DNA from: Eledone cirrhosa
Lineage: Eukaryota
Length of the DNA stretch: 64,000 bases
Direction: 5' to 3'
Assembly: GCA_964016885.1 (NCBI GenBank)
Contig: CAXHJY010001439.1
Coordinates: 1-64,000 of the forward strand
Part shown: piece by piece, positions 39,310 through 52,229 of the stretch
Layout: the number at the start of each line of letters is the position of its first letter
Numbering within the stretch: the stretch's first letter is position 1
Translations under genes and position numbers: made by a program
Notes under the pieces: model-generated
Databases searched by the model: none
Seen by the model: the letters and a program-made list of their open reading frames with translations, nothing else
What the model was told of the DNA's origin: nothing

Positions 39310-40317
39310 ACGATATTAAATAAATGGAAACTATATTTATAAAACCATATTTATTTCATTATATATATTTCAGGGATATCATATTAATATCGTAAATATA
39401 CTCCAAATACTTGTCGAGTGCTTTTATATCAGTTATAAATATTTACTAGTTGTAACCCAACAATTTAAATATAACTTTCCATATATATATATATATATAT
39501 ATATTTCGTTTCTGAATTTGTTTAGATAAATGAACACAAACACACACACAGACACCCGGATGTGGCGCATGCGCAAACTGAGCACACAACACACACACAG
39601 AAACAAAATGGCGTAGGACAGGAGAAAGCAAAGGCACAGAAACAAAGAAAGGAATCCCCAGTCACTGAAGAGGTCACAGAGTGTGTGACGAAAGGACTAT
39701 GACTATATATAAACAACTATCTGGTTGTGGAACCAACCAACCAACCAGAAATTTATAAATTTGTAGATTTGTAAATTTATAAATTTATAAATATATAATG
39801 AATTGAAGTGAAAGCAACTGGTGCGTGTGTTTCTTATTGGCAACATGACCCTCCCAAAGTATAACAATATATATATATATATATATGTAAACTGTTGGGA
39901 GACAACAAGCAAATATTTTTATAACTGATATAAAGCACTCAACAAAAATTTGGAGTAAAAATACAATATTAACAAACGGAAACTATATTTATAAAACCAT
40001 ATTTATTTCATTATACATATTTCAAGGACACAAAGTTAAATGATGGTGTGCTTTCATCAGATAAAATATAATATAGATCAGTTTTATAATTAAATATTGA
40101 CATACCCTTAAAAAATGCAACCATTACTGTTGGAAGCTCCCGGATAGTACAACAGTAATGGTTGCATTTTTTAAGGGTATGTCAATATTTATTTATAAAA
40201 CTGATCTATATTATATTTTATCTGATGAAAGCACACCATAATTTAACTTGGAGTCCTTGAAATATGTATAATGAAATAAATATGGTTTTATAAATATAGT
40301 CTCCATTTGTTAATATC

Positions 40318-40320
<3 letters not shown>
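39310..40320. mobile_element. Cluster: family C (39310-39480), family A (39503-39870, hammerhead 39660-39704) and family C palindrome (39890-40320, hammerheads 40218-40271(+) and about 40010-40063(-))
   Basis: Matches to the other family A and C copies. 39966-40135 is mirrored at about 40150-40317. Each unit is separated by (TA)n. Confidence 0.8.
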
Positions 40321-40386
<66 letters not shown>

Positions 40387-40387
<1 letters not shown>

Positions 40388-40581
40388 CGAAGGAAATGTG
40401 GTAAGGAACCAGATGGACCATAATGCACCAAAGTACTCAATACTTAGGGTAGTAGAGTGGGTAATAGGAACAAGTATGACCCAGACGGCAGAGCTCAAGC
40501 CGTTTCGACGGCTAATTCTGGAGTCCAGAATTAGCCGTCGAAACGGCTTGAGCTCTGCCGTCGGGGTCATACTTGTTCCTA
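40387..40581 (-). mobile_element. PLE family B short fold-back copy
   Basis: Near-perfect arms around CTGGAGTCCAG plus tail. Confidence 0.8.
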
Positions 40582-40679
40582 TATATATATATATGTAATA
40601 ATTAATTTGAAGAGTAAAATCCAAAGAGGGCCCCATAAGGATAAATATATATATATCAAATATATAAGAACCGTAGAGC

Positions 40680-42297
<1,618 letters not shown>

Positions 42298-42597
42298 CAT
42301 GATGATGTCACCACAGTTCGGTTCTATTAATTTTGAGGTGTATGGCAGTGGTAGAGAGGGATATGGAGCCTACGTCAAGGGAGACAACTATGCTAATTTG
42401 AACCTGCGTTTTATTTTATTGCTTCCATATGAAGGCTATTTATTCCTTCATCACCTTTAACTCTTCCCCACATTTATATATTTTTCAATTTTCACCTAAT
42501 TCTCGCACATCACACTTCACACTCACCTCCCACCCACCCCGTCTTTCCACCCGCTGCCAGTACTACTTGATTCAAACAAACACCCACGGAATCTGAG

Positions 42598-42625
<28 letters not shown>

Positions 42626-42629
<4 letters not shown>

Positions 42630-42760
42630 AAAGTTCTATTTAAAGTTGTTGGGATACAACAAGTAAATATTTTTATAACTGATATAAAGCACTCGACAAA
42701 ATTTTGGAGTAGATATACGATATTAATAAATGGAAACTATAGTTTCCATTTATTAATATC

Positions 42761-42763
<3 letters not shown>
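42626..42763 (-). mobile_element. Family C minimal copy: tail plus 22-bp perfect hairpin arms
   Basis: ACGATATTAATAAATGGAAACT-AT-AGTTTCCATTTATTAATATCGT. Confidence 0.8.
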
Positions 42764-42800
<37 letters not shown>

Positions 42801-42802
<2 letters not shown>

Positions 42803-43015
42803 GAACGATCGACTTTCGTCAAATCGGACCGAGGAAACAATGTTTCCATCGATCTTTTCAGTTGCTATTGCTATCTATCGGTCGCAACTTCAGGTAGAAG
42901 GAGCCATGTGAAATAAAGTGTCTTGCTCAAGGACATAACGCATCGCCTGGTCCAGGAATCGAACTCACAACCTCACGATTGCGAATCCAATTCTCTAACC
43001 ACTCAGCCACACGCC

Positions 43016-43016
<1 letters not shown>
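42801..43016 (-). mobile_element. tRNA-derived SINE family S2
   Basis: GGAATCGAACTC (B-box, reverse complement) and CTAACCACTCAGCCACACGCC (A-box, reverse complement); aligns with 32326-32518. Confidence 0.8.
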
Positions 43017-43104
<88 letters not shown>

Positions 43105-43124
43105 ATATATATATATTCATACTA

Positions 43125-43498
43125 ATACAAACAACCAACTAGTTTCAAGTAAATAAATATAAACACACACACACACCCGGATGTAACGCATGCGCAAAAA
43201 AGCACCATAGCACACAAAAATAACATGGTGTAGGACGGAACAAAGGAGAGACACAAAATAAAAACCTAGTCACTGAGGAGGTCACAGAATGTGTGACGAA
43301 AGGGCTTTGACAATATATAAACAACTTTTCGGTTATCGAACCAATCAGCCAACCAACTAGAAACTTATAATAAATTGAAGTGACCTCCAATAGGTGCGTG
43401 TGTTTTTATTGGCAGCATGGCCCTTCCAAAGTATAACACCGATGTTTCTACACATGTTTTCAGATAAGAAATCTCGCAAAACAACTTCAAAAACGAAT
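43125..43498 (+). mobile_element. Divergent PLE family A 3' end with hammerhead at 43269-43311
   Basis: GTCA-CTGAGGA-GGTCAC..GTGAC-GAAA-GGGC-TT-TGAC; aligns with 25660-26068. Confidence 0.8.
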
Positions 43499-43674
43499 AT
43501 ATATATATATATATACGATGTTTACAGCTATGTCGAAACTAAATTTCAATTCTATTTTAAGTTGACTTAACTTATACAACGTCGTATGCAAATGAGGTCA
43601 ATCAGCCCACCTACACAGTCGAAAAAACTATATATTTTCCCGCCTCAAAGACCAACAGAAAGAAGAGGGTAGCA

Positions 43675-43715
43675 TTATCCTGACGAGAATCAGTAAGTTA
43701 GAAATGCATTGACAA
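43675..43715 (+). ncRNA. Minimal hammerhead-like motif
   Basis: TTATC-CTGACGA-GAATCAGTAAGTTA-GAAA-TGCA-TT-GACAA; palindromic TGCA, weak stems. Confidence 0.55.
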
Positions 43716-43954
43716 TTATCCTCTAATGCTACTGCTGGATCCCGCTAGACGGCGCTGGCCGTCAGCCTTCTATTCATAGCTGAGGCTTTCAAAATATTTA
43801 TTTATTAAACATACCGTATGTGTTTAGATGTACAAATTTTACAAACTTGTATGCTCATTATATATATGCAATGGTATTACTACCCTTGCGTATATTTGCT
43901 CTGCATTTATAAATATAACTACTTTTCCATGTTAGTATCTTTTCATTATATATT

Positions 43955-44095
43955 AGCATAGTTACGTCCCTTTACAGTCTGAGTTCAAATCCCGCCGAGG
44001 TTAACTTTGCCTTTCATCCTTACGGGGTCGATAAAATAAAGTACCAGTAATGTACTGGGTAATTGCTGGCCTTGTGCCAAAAGTAGAAACAATTA
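43955..44095 (+). mobile_element. S1 SINE, 5'-truncated
   Basis: GAGTTCAAATCCCGCCGAGG B-box and body. Confidence 0.8.
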
Positions 44096-44295
44096 TATAA
44101 ACGGATTGAGATATTACATACTATCGTTTTAATTCTCCATTTTTCTTTGAGAATCGTTAGTATATTTCTACCTTTGGTATATATAGATTTGTCAATACTT
44201 GATTGGTTTTTTCGTTGCTTTGGTTTCATGTGGCTGGGTCACCGATTGCAGTTTTCAATTTGTCAAGCTATCTAACGTATGTTATTACTCTAAGG

Positions 44296-44498
44296 CCGTG
44301 AATTGGCGGTGAATTGGCAGTATCGGTAGAGGGTCGGACGCCATGCTTTGACGCATAGAGTTACGGCCCTTGCCATTCTGAGTTCAAATCCCGCCGAGGT
44401 TAACTTTGCCTTTCATCCTTACGGGGTCGATAAAATAAAGTACCAGTAATGTACTGGGGTAATTGCTGGCCTTGTGCCCAAAATAGAAACAGTTATTA
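44296..44498 (+). mobile_element. Full-length S1 SINE with a 15-16 bp TSD
   Basis: A-box TGGCAGTATCGG and B-box GAGTTCAAATCC. GTTATTACTCTAAGG at 44281-44295 and 44492-44506. Confidence 0.85.
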
Positions 44499-44506
44499 CT
44501 CTAAGG

Positions 44507-44676
44507 CAGCGGTTCCCAAAGTGGGGTCCGCAAACAGGTGTCTGGGGTTCCGTGAAAAATGGTAGAAGGGTATATTTATAATATGACAACCATATAACAG
44601 TATTAGACTTTGAGGGTCCCCCAAAAGTTTCTGAGCCAAAAAGGGTTCCGCGTTTGAAAACGTTTGGGAAACCCTG
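44507..44676. mobile_element. hAT (Charlie-like) MITE, 170 bp
   Basis: TIRs CAGCGGTTCCCAAA / TTTGGGAAACCCTG; 8-bp TSD CTCTAAGG at 44499-44506 and 44677-44684. Confidence 0.85.
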
Positions 44677-44778
44677 CTCTAAGGTGACACAACCTTATCG
44701 AGTGCTTTGCTGCACATTCCTGATTGTATATCGTTAGCTGGGCCACAGCCAAAACTTCGATTTTACTAAACTTCCATT

Positions 44779-44847
<69 letters not shown>

Positions 44848-44850
<3 letters not shown>

Positions 44851-45200
44851 AAGTTATATTTAAAATTGTTGGGTTACAACTAGTAAATATTTATAACTGA
44901 TATAAAAGCACTCGACAAATATTTGGAGTATATTTACAATATTAAATAAATGGAAAACTATATTTATAAAACCATATTTATTTCATTATATATATTCTCT
45001 CTGTATTTTCACTGCTAGCGTAAACCTTTTCAAATGAAGTTGATGTTTATTACGGTATGTCGAATATATTTATCTATAAAACTGTTTATATTGTATTTTG
45101 TCTGATGAAGGCATAGCATATTGTTAATATGATATCCCCGAAATATATATAATGAAATAAATATGGTTTTATAAATATAGTTTTCCATTTATTTAATATT
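44848..45200 (-). mobile_element. Family C fold-back copy with hammerhead at 45098-45152(+) in the inverted arm
   Basis: 44936-44995 is mirrored at 45143-45202; CTGATGA...GAAA-TATA-TA. Confidence 0.75.
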
Positions 45201-45392
45201 GTATATATATATATATATATAAACAGGAAGTGAGAGGCTTATACATATATATATATGCATGTATAACCATAAATATGAATATATTTACACACACGTCACG
45301 TGCATATATGTGTCTTTCACTTGTTGGTATTTGATCCTCCGCTAAGGTGAAACAATTGTTCTTGGTATAGTGAACTAACTGTTGTATTAGCA

Positions 45393-45454
<62 letters not shown>

Positions 45455-45540
45455 GGAAAAATTTGAACAGGGACAAAACAGAGAGGCAGTACAACGAATG
45501 TTTATTAATTTCACGCTCTGGAGAGTGGGGTGTTGGTGGG

Positions 45541-45577
45541 GGACGACGTTTCGGTCATAAGCCCTTCCTCAGGTGAG
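45541..45577 (-). ncRNA. PLE-type minimal hammerhead
   Basis: AC-CTGAGGA-AGGGCTTATGACC-GAAA-CG-TC-GT. Confidence 0.7.
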
Positions 45578-45894
45578 AAGTGTGTGGGAACAGAGTTCAA
45601 AGGGTGTGTAGGGGAGTGGTGGAGAGACATATAGCGAAAGGAGACGGTGCGAATGAAAAAAAAAAAATTAAATTAAAAATAAAGCATGATCAAAATACAA
45701 GGAATGAAATAAATTTAAATATAAAAGCATGATCAAAATATATATATATATAAATGAAATTTACCTGTTTTATATATATATATAAGAGGTAAATATCTCT
45801 CTGAGTACTAAGTACCCACAGAGATATATAGGGTGTCTATAATATAATTGGTGTTCAATGGTACTTATTCGGGATACCAGAACAATAAAAATTA

Positions 45895-45977
45895 AGAAGA
45901 GCAGAACAAACAAACATTAAACAATTCTTTAAAAAAAATTTAAAGAACTGTTTAATGTTTGTTTGTTCTGCTCTTCT
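45895..45977. repeat. Near-perfect hairpin with arms of about 36 bp
   Basis: AGAAGAGCAGAACAAACAAACATTAAACA..TGTTTAATGTTTGTTTGTTCTGCTCTTCT. Confidence 0.85.
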
Positions 45978-46064
45978 TACTTTATATATATATATTATGG
46001 AATACTGTTAGCTTCTCGCTACAATATTTCTATACTTTTCATTTATATATATATATATATATAT

Positions 46065-46473
46065 ATTTCGTTTCTGAATTTGTTTAGCAAGATTCTTTAT
46101 CTGAAATCGTGTGTTGAAACCGATATTGTTATACTTTGGGAGGGTCATGTTGCCAATAAGAAACACACGCACCAGTTGCTTTCACTTCAATTTAATTTAT
46201 TAAATATTTATAAATTTACAAATTTATAAATTTCTGGTTGGTTGGTTGGTTCCACAACCAGATAGTTGTTTATATATATATAGTCATAGTTCTTTCGTCA
46301 CACACTCTGTGACCTCTTCAGTGACTGGGAATTTCGTTCTTCGTTTCTGTGTCTTTCCTTTCTTCTATCCTACGCCATTTTGTTTGTGTGTGGGTTGCGT
46401 GCTCAGTTTGCGCATGCGCCACATCCGGGTGTCTGTGTGTGTTTGTGTTCATGACCCTCCCAAAGTATAACAA

Positions 46474-46475
<2 letters not shown>
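46065..46475 (-). mobile_element. PLE family A 3' end with a 25-bp inverted arm; hammerhead at 46282-46326(-)
   Basis: Reverse complement of the family A end; CATGACCCTCCCAAAGTATAACAAT is repeated inverted at 46450-46474. Confidence 0.85.
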
Positions 46476-46508
<33 letters not shown>

Positions 46509-46566
46509 TTCAAATATATAAATATATAAAAAATACAGAGATAAATAAGCAAATAAACTATCAAAG

Positions 46567-46615
<49 letters not shown>

Positions 46616-46859
46616 TTTGATATTTTATTTGTTTATTTATCTCTGTTTTTCGTTATATTTATATATTTAAAATTAATTTTATTATTGCTTTTGCGATTGT
46701 CAGCAAAAAAAAATAATATGAATAGATACGGGAGAATTTGTAAAATAATACAACTCCATTGTTGAGCCCCACCGCCCCCTACACCTCACACACCAGCAGT
46801 ACACACCGCCCCGCCTATGATGACGACGACACCAACCTCCTTTTTAACCATCACATACA

Positions 46860-47650
46860 GTCACAACACCAGCAACACCACCAAGACCAACGCCATTATC
46901 ATCACCACCACCACCTCCACCATATCTATAATCACCTTTACCGACACCACCACCATGAACACAACCATCACCACCAACAACTCTATCATCACCACCACGA
47001 ACACCATCACCTCGATAACCTCCATCACCGCCACCATCACCACTACTACCACCACTACCAGCACCACCACCAAAACCACCACCTCCATTACCACCACCAT
47101 CACCATCACCACGGCTACCATCACCACAGCTACCATCACCACGGCCACCATCACCACCACCAACACGATAACCACCATCACCACCCCCACCTTTACCACC
47201 ACCATCACCATCACGACGGCCACCACCACCAACACGATAACCACCATCATCATCACCACCACCAACATGATAACCACCACCACCATAACCAACAGCACCA
47301 TTTGCACCTCCATCATCAACACCACCATCACCATCACCACCACCACCACCATCATAAACCACCATCACCACCATAACCAACAGCACCATTTGCACCTCCA
47401 TCACCACCACCACCACCATAAACCACCACCACCGCCATGATAACGACCACCACCACCATAACCAACAGCACCATTTGCACCACCATCACCACGGCCACCA
47501 CCATCACCACGGCCTCCTCCACCACCACCACCACGGTATCCACCACCACCACCACCACCACCGACACCACTCCCCCCATTCCTCCTTCCCTAAAATCCAA
47601 GACGTCTCTTCTTCAACTACAATAACAACCACCATCCACACCACCACCGA
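46860..47650. repeat. Degenerate (CAC/CAT)n trinucleotide region
   Basis: Visible directly in the sequence. Confidence 0.85.
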
Positions 47651-47694
47651 CTTCAAGAAGACGAGTGATTCCTTTTTGTTTGTTGTGTGTGCGT

Positions 47695-48880
47695 GTGTAC
47701 TGTATGTGTGTACTGTATGTGTGTACTGTATGTGTGTACTGTATGTGTGTACTGTATGTGTGCACTGTATGTGTGTACTGTATGTGTGCACTGTATGTGT
47801 GTACTGTATGTGTGTACTGTATGTGTGTACTGTATGTGTGTACTGTATGTGTGTACTGTATGTGTGTACTGTATGTGTGTACTGTATGTGTGTACTGTAT
47901 GTGTGTACTGTATGTGTGTACTGTATGTGTGCACTGTATGTGTGTACTGTATGTGTGTACTGTATGTGTGCACTGTATGTGTGCACTGTATGTGTGTACT
48001 GTATGTGTGTACTGTATGTGTGTACTGTATGTGTGTACTGTATGTGTGTACTGTATGTGTGTACTGTATGTGTGTACTGTATGTGTGCACTGTATGTGTG
48101 TACTGTATGTGTGTACTGTATGTGTGTACTGTATGTGTGTACTGTATGTGTGTACTGTATGTGTGCACTGTATGTGTGTACTGTATGTGTGTACTGTATG
48201 TGTGCACTGTATGTGTGTACTGTATGTGTGTACTGTATGTGTGTACTGTATGTGTGTACTTTATGTGTGTACTGTATGTGTGTACTGTATGTGTGCACTG
48301 TATGTGTGCACTGTATGTGTGTACTGTATGTGTGTACTGTATGTGTGTACTGTATGTGTGTACTGTATGTGTGTACTGTATGTGTGTGTGTGTACTATGT
48401 GTTACTTGTGTGTGTTGTGCGTGTGTGCATGTGTGTGTGTGTGTGTTTACTGTGTTACTTGTGTGTGTGCATGTGTGTATGTGTGTGTGTTTACTGTGTT
48501 ACTTGTGTGTGTGTGTGTGCATGTGTGTGTGTGTGTGTGTTTACTGTGTTACTTGTGTGTGTTGTGTGTGTGTGCATGTATGTGTGTGTGTGTGTTTACT
48601 GTGTTACTTGTGTGTGTTGTGTGCATGTGTGTGTGTGTGTGTTTATTGTGTTACTTGTGTGTGTTGTGTGTGTGTGCATGTATGTGTGTGTGTGTTTATT
48701 GTGTTACTTGTGTGTGTTGTGTGTGTGTGCATGTGTGTGTGTTTATTGTGTTACTTGTGTGTGTTGTGTGTGTGTGCATGTGTGTGTGTGTGTGTGTTTA
48801 CTGTGTTACTTGTGTGTGTTGTGTGTGTGTGCATGTGTGTGTGTGTGTGTTTATTGTGTTACTTGTGTGTGTTGTGTATA
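47695..48880. repeat. 13-bp minisatellite (TACTGTATGTGTG)n followed by a (TG)n-derived minisatellite
   Basis: 13-bp period to about 48385, then TTTACTGTGTTACTTGTGTGTGTTG units. Confidence 0.95.
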
Positions 48881-49834
48881 TGTTTCTTTTGACTCCCAGA
48901 GCGAAACTCTATCTTATGTCTTCTGTTTGTTGCTGACTTCGTATTTCACAAACTTTCCATTGTCTTGCTTTCTCTTTCGACTTTTTCTCTCAGTTTTACA
49001 ATGGCGTATAGTTTTTCCAAAAACATCTGGGTTTAGCTGGGATTTAACCTACCCACTACTCCACTACCAGGCTACCCCGCTAACCCGCTACCCCGCTAGC
49101 CCGCTATATGCTACCCAATTTACCTACTACCCTATTTGTATTTCTAAAGTAGTTTTGACAATATCCCACCAGACTGGATTTAAAGCTAACGAGGATTCCA
49201 CCATCTTTCTATACTATTTCCTATTACTCACTCTTTCTCTCTCTCGACCCCTTGACTCTCTCCTCCCTCTCTCTCGACCCCTTGACTCTCTCCTCCCTCT
49301 CTTTCGCTGCCCCTCCCTGTCCCTCTCTTTCTCTGCCCCTCCCCGTCCCTCTCTTTCTCTGCCTCTCCCTGTCCATCTCTTTCTCTCCCCCTCCATGTCC
49401 CCCTCTTTCTCTTTCTCGTTCTCTACCTCTTCCTTTTCCTCTTTCTCTACCCCTCCCCCTCTTTCCCTTTGTCTTTCTCCCCCCTCTCTCCCATTCTCTT
49501 ATCTCCCTCTCTCCCTCTCTCTTTCACCCTCTCTCTCCTTCTCTCTTTCACCCTCTCTCTCCTTCTCTCTTTCACCCTCTATCTACTTCCCTCCCCCTAT
49601 CTCTCTTTATCTCTTTCTCTTGCTATATGGCATTCTCACTATCATTCGCTCCCTCTCCCCCTTTTTTTGAAGAAATCGGTTTGATTCAGACCTGGAGAGA
49701 AGGGATGGGCTCCACCTACGACGCCTACATGTGTTACGGACCCTTTATACATACATACATACATACATACATACATACATACATACATACATACATACAT
49801 ACATAATACATACGTAATACATACATACGCAGGC

Positions 49835-50038
49835 GTGGATTACTCCATCCAATGGAAAGTTATAACCAGGTCTAAGCCATACAGAAATGGGAATCCGTCT
49901 TGTGGGTTGTGCACTGAAGAAAGAATCAATATCCTGCTATTAGGTAATAGCGCTTGTCTAAACATGAGGTCCGATTTCTACTCACGTTGTCCCCATGTGT
50001 CAAAATACCTATTACGTAATTTTAACGCTCTCGACTGA
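49835..50038 (+). pseudogene. C-terminal fragment of a PLE GIY-YIG endonuclease
   Basis: YSIQWKVITRSKPYRNGNPSCGLCTEERINILL..LNMRSDFYSRCPH..YLL; same pattern as 5061-5267. Confidence 0.75.
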
Positions 50039-50283
50039 CTATCGGACGCAACACCCCTAGACCGAGTATCATGAATAATCTATTGTATTCTGATCTTTTG
50101 CAGTTGCCTCCCAATATCGATCTAACGCGAGTTTCTTCCCCTTTTGAGTATACCTTCTGCGCATGTCTATTTGGGCCATCGTTTTCCTTTTCCGTATTAT
50201 CTCATTTAAATCGAGTTGATTATCCGTTAGAGCTGAAGCAAATTGTTCTCGGAAAATTGTGTATTGACTGTTGTAGAACTACT

Positions 50284-50357
<74 letters not shown>

Positions 50358-50446
50358 GTGGTAACAGATTATTGTTATTGTTCTGATTGAATGCCATTAC
50401 TACTATATATAGTAGCCATGCCTGTATATTCCTTTCATTCTCACAA

Positions 50447-50552
50447 GCTCCGATGAATTGACTGGTTACAACTATGTATTGGTGATCGAATGACGTGAAA
50501 ACAAGCGGGTAGCGATCTCTAGACCTACCAGTTCAGAGAAACAATTGTCAGC
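50447..50552 (+). ncRNA. Hammerhead-like motif with CCGATGA core and an insert of about 60 nt in stem II
   Basis: GCT-CCGATGA-..ACTGGT-(60 nt)-ACCAGT..-GAAA-CAATTG-TC-AGC. Confidence 0.6.
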
Positions 50553-50606
50553 AATGAGATTAAAAACCTTTTTTTGTATAGCAAACCGTGTCACTCTTCT
50601 TTCCTG

Positions 50607-50668
<62 letters not shown>

Positions 50669-50969
50669 AGTCGGGACCTGACGGCTGAATATATACATGT
50701 ATATGCATCTATCTATCTACATGTATATATATACATATTTATGTATGTATGTATATATATATATATATAAAATCTTTTCCTGGGTCCTGTATTTTCGTTG
50801 CTCTAGTGATGCGGCTGGACTGCCGACCGCTATATCTGATTTGCTAAGCTGTCTGAACGTAATGTTATTATTCTGGGGTCTTTCCTCATCTGAGTGCTCA
50901 AGCTACAGACCGATTATGCATATACGCTAGCTTGGCCGTATTCTAAAGCTTCGTCAATGCTGTACTAAC

Positions 50970-51008
<39 letters not shown>

Positions 51009-51024
51009 ATAACTATGTCCATTA

Positions 51025-51062
51025 CGAGCTGAGGACCCGCTAAGGTGAAACAATTGTTCTCG
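51025..51062 (+). ncRNA. Minimal type I hammerhead within family H element (51003-51160; truncated copy at 45335-45390)
   Basis: CGAG-CTGAGGA-CCCGCTAAGGT-GAAA-CAATTG-TT-CTCG; tail CTGAGTGC at 51115. Confidence 0.8.
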
Positions 51063-51177
51063 GTATGGTGAACTAACTGTTGTGTAACCGCTTCTACCTA
51101 ACTCGTCCCATTGACTGAGTGCTCTATCACTACGGATATTACCTTCCAGTTTTCTACCACTATATATATATATATGT

Positions 51178-51387
51178 AACGAAGGAGTTGTGGTAAGGAA
51201 CCAGATGGACGATAACGCACCAGAGTACTCAATACTTAGGGTAGTATAGTGGGTAATAGGAAAAAGTATGACCCCGACGGCAGAGCTCAAGCCGTTTCGA
51301 CGGCTATTACTGGACTAAATTGAATTTAGTCCAGAAATAGCCGTCGAAACGGCTTGAGCTCTGCCGTCGGGGTCATACTTTTTCCTA
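51178..51387 (-). mobile_element. PLE family B short fold-back copy
   Basis: Arms around CTGGACTAAATTGAATTTAGTCCAG plus tail. Confidence 0.8.
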
Positions 51388-51421
51388 TATATATATATAT
51401 ATATATTTGTATATATATATA

Positions 51422-51983
51422 TAGAGGTATCAAATGCTGTGGACAGGAGAGGCGGTTGCGTTGGTATGGACATGTGATGCGTATGAAGGATGACAGCTGC
51501 ATAAAAAAGTGCAGAACACTAGAAGTCAATGGAAACCGCGGAGTGGGGAGACCCAAGAAGACCTGGGATGAGGTGATAAAAGCTGACCTTACCCAATTAC
51601 ACCTCTCAAAGTCGATGACACACGACCGTGACCTCTGGCGTCACGCAGTAATACAGAGTACCCGACCTCCCATGGGTACAAGCTGAAGCATATAGACAAT
51701 ATGCCCCCACACCCTCCCACTGCAAGGTGGTCTTGGAGGTGCCACGGCAAAAAAGCACCCAGCCAACACTGTAAAGTGGACGTGTAGGCGCCACGGAAAA
51801 AGCATCCAGCACTCACTGTAAATGAGGTTGGTGTTAGGAAGGGCATCCAGCTGTAGAAATCAAGCCACAATCAGTTCTCGTATGAGCAACGCTTGGTCAG
51901 CCGACCAGACACTGCCCACAACAGGACAACCCGACTAACTCATGCTAGCATGGAAGAACGGACGTAAAACGGTGATGATGATG
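51422..51983 (+). mobile_element. RTE-clade LINE 3' fragment
   Basis: RRLRWYGHVMRM..G.RG.GRPKKTW..DRDLWR is the RTE ORF2 C-terminal signature. The 3' UTR ends in a (GAT)n tail. Confidence 0.85.
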
Positions 51984-52229
51984 TATACATATGCATGTAT
52001 TTATAAATATATGTATATATATACATATGCATGTATATACATATAGATATATGCATATATATAAACACACACACACACACACACATACACACACATATAT
52101 ATATATATATAAATCCCACTATATTTTAAGTAGTTCTACCGTCTTAAAAAAGGTCATATACTGCCATTTCTAACATCTTTCATATTACATCCACCTCTAT
52201 TACTACAGCCTTATTTTTTTACCTACTTT

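Noticed and set aside
40463-40581. Family B hairpins as DNA-transposon MITEs or miRNA precursors
   Set aside because: The one-sided tail, variable centres and link to a PLE endonuclease remnant fit retroelement inversion better. Small-RNA production cannot be judged from sequence.
46759-47440. His-rich or Thr-rich protein
   Set aside because: Degenerate (CAC)n is open in several frames on both strands, and there is no splice or domain evidence.
47475-49670. Cys-rich 731-aa ORF resembling metallothionein or keratin-associated protein
   Set aside because: The 13-bp period gives the same pseudo-peptide in all frames.
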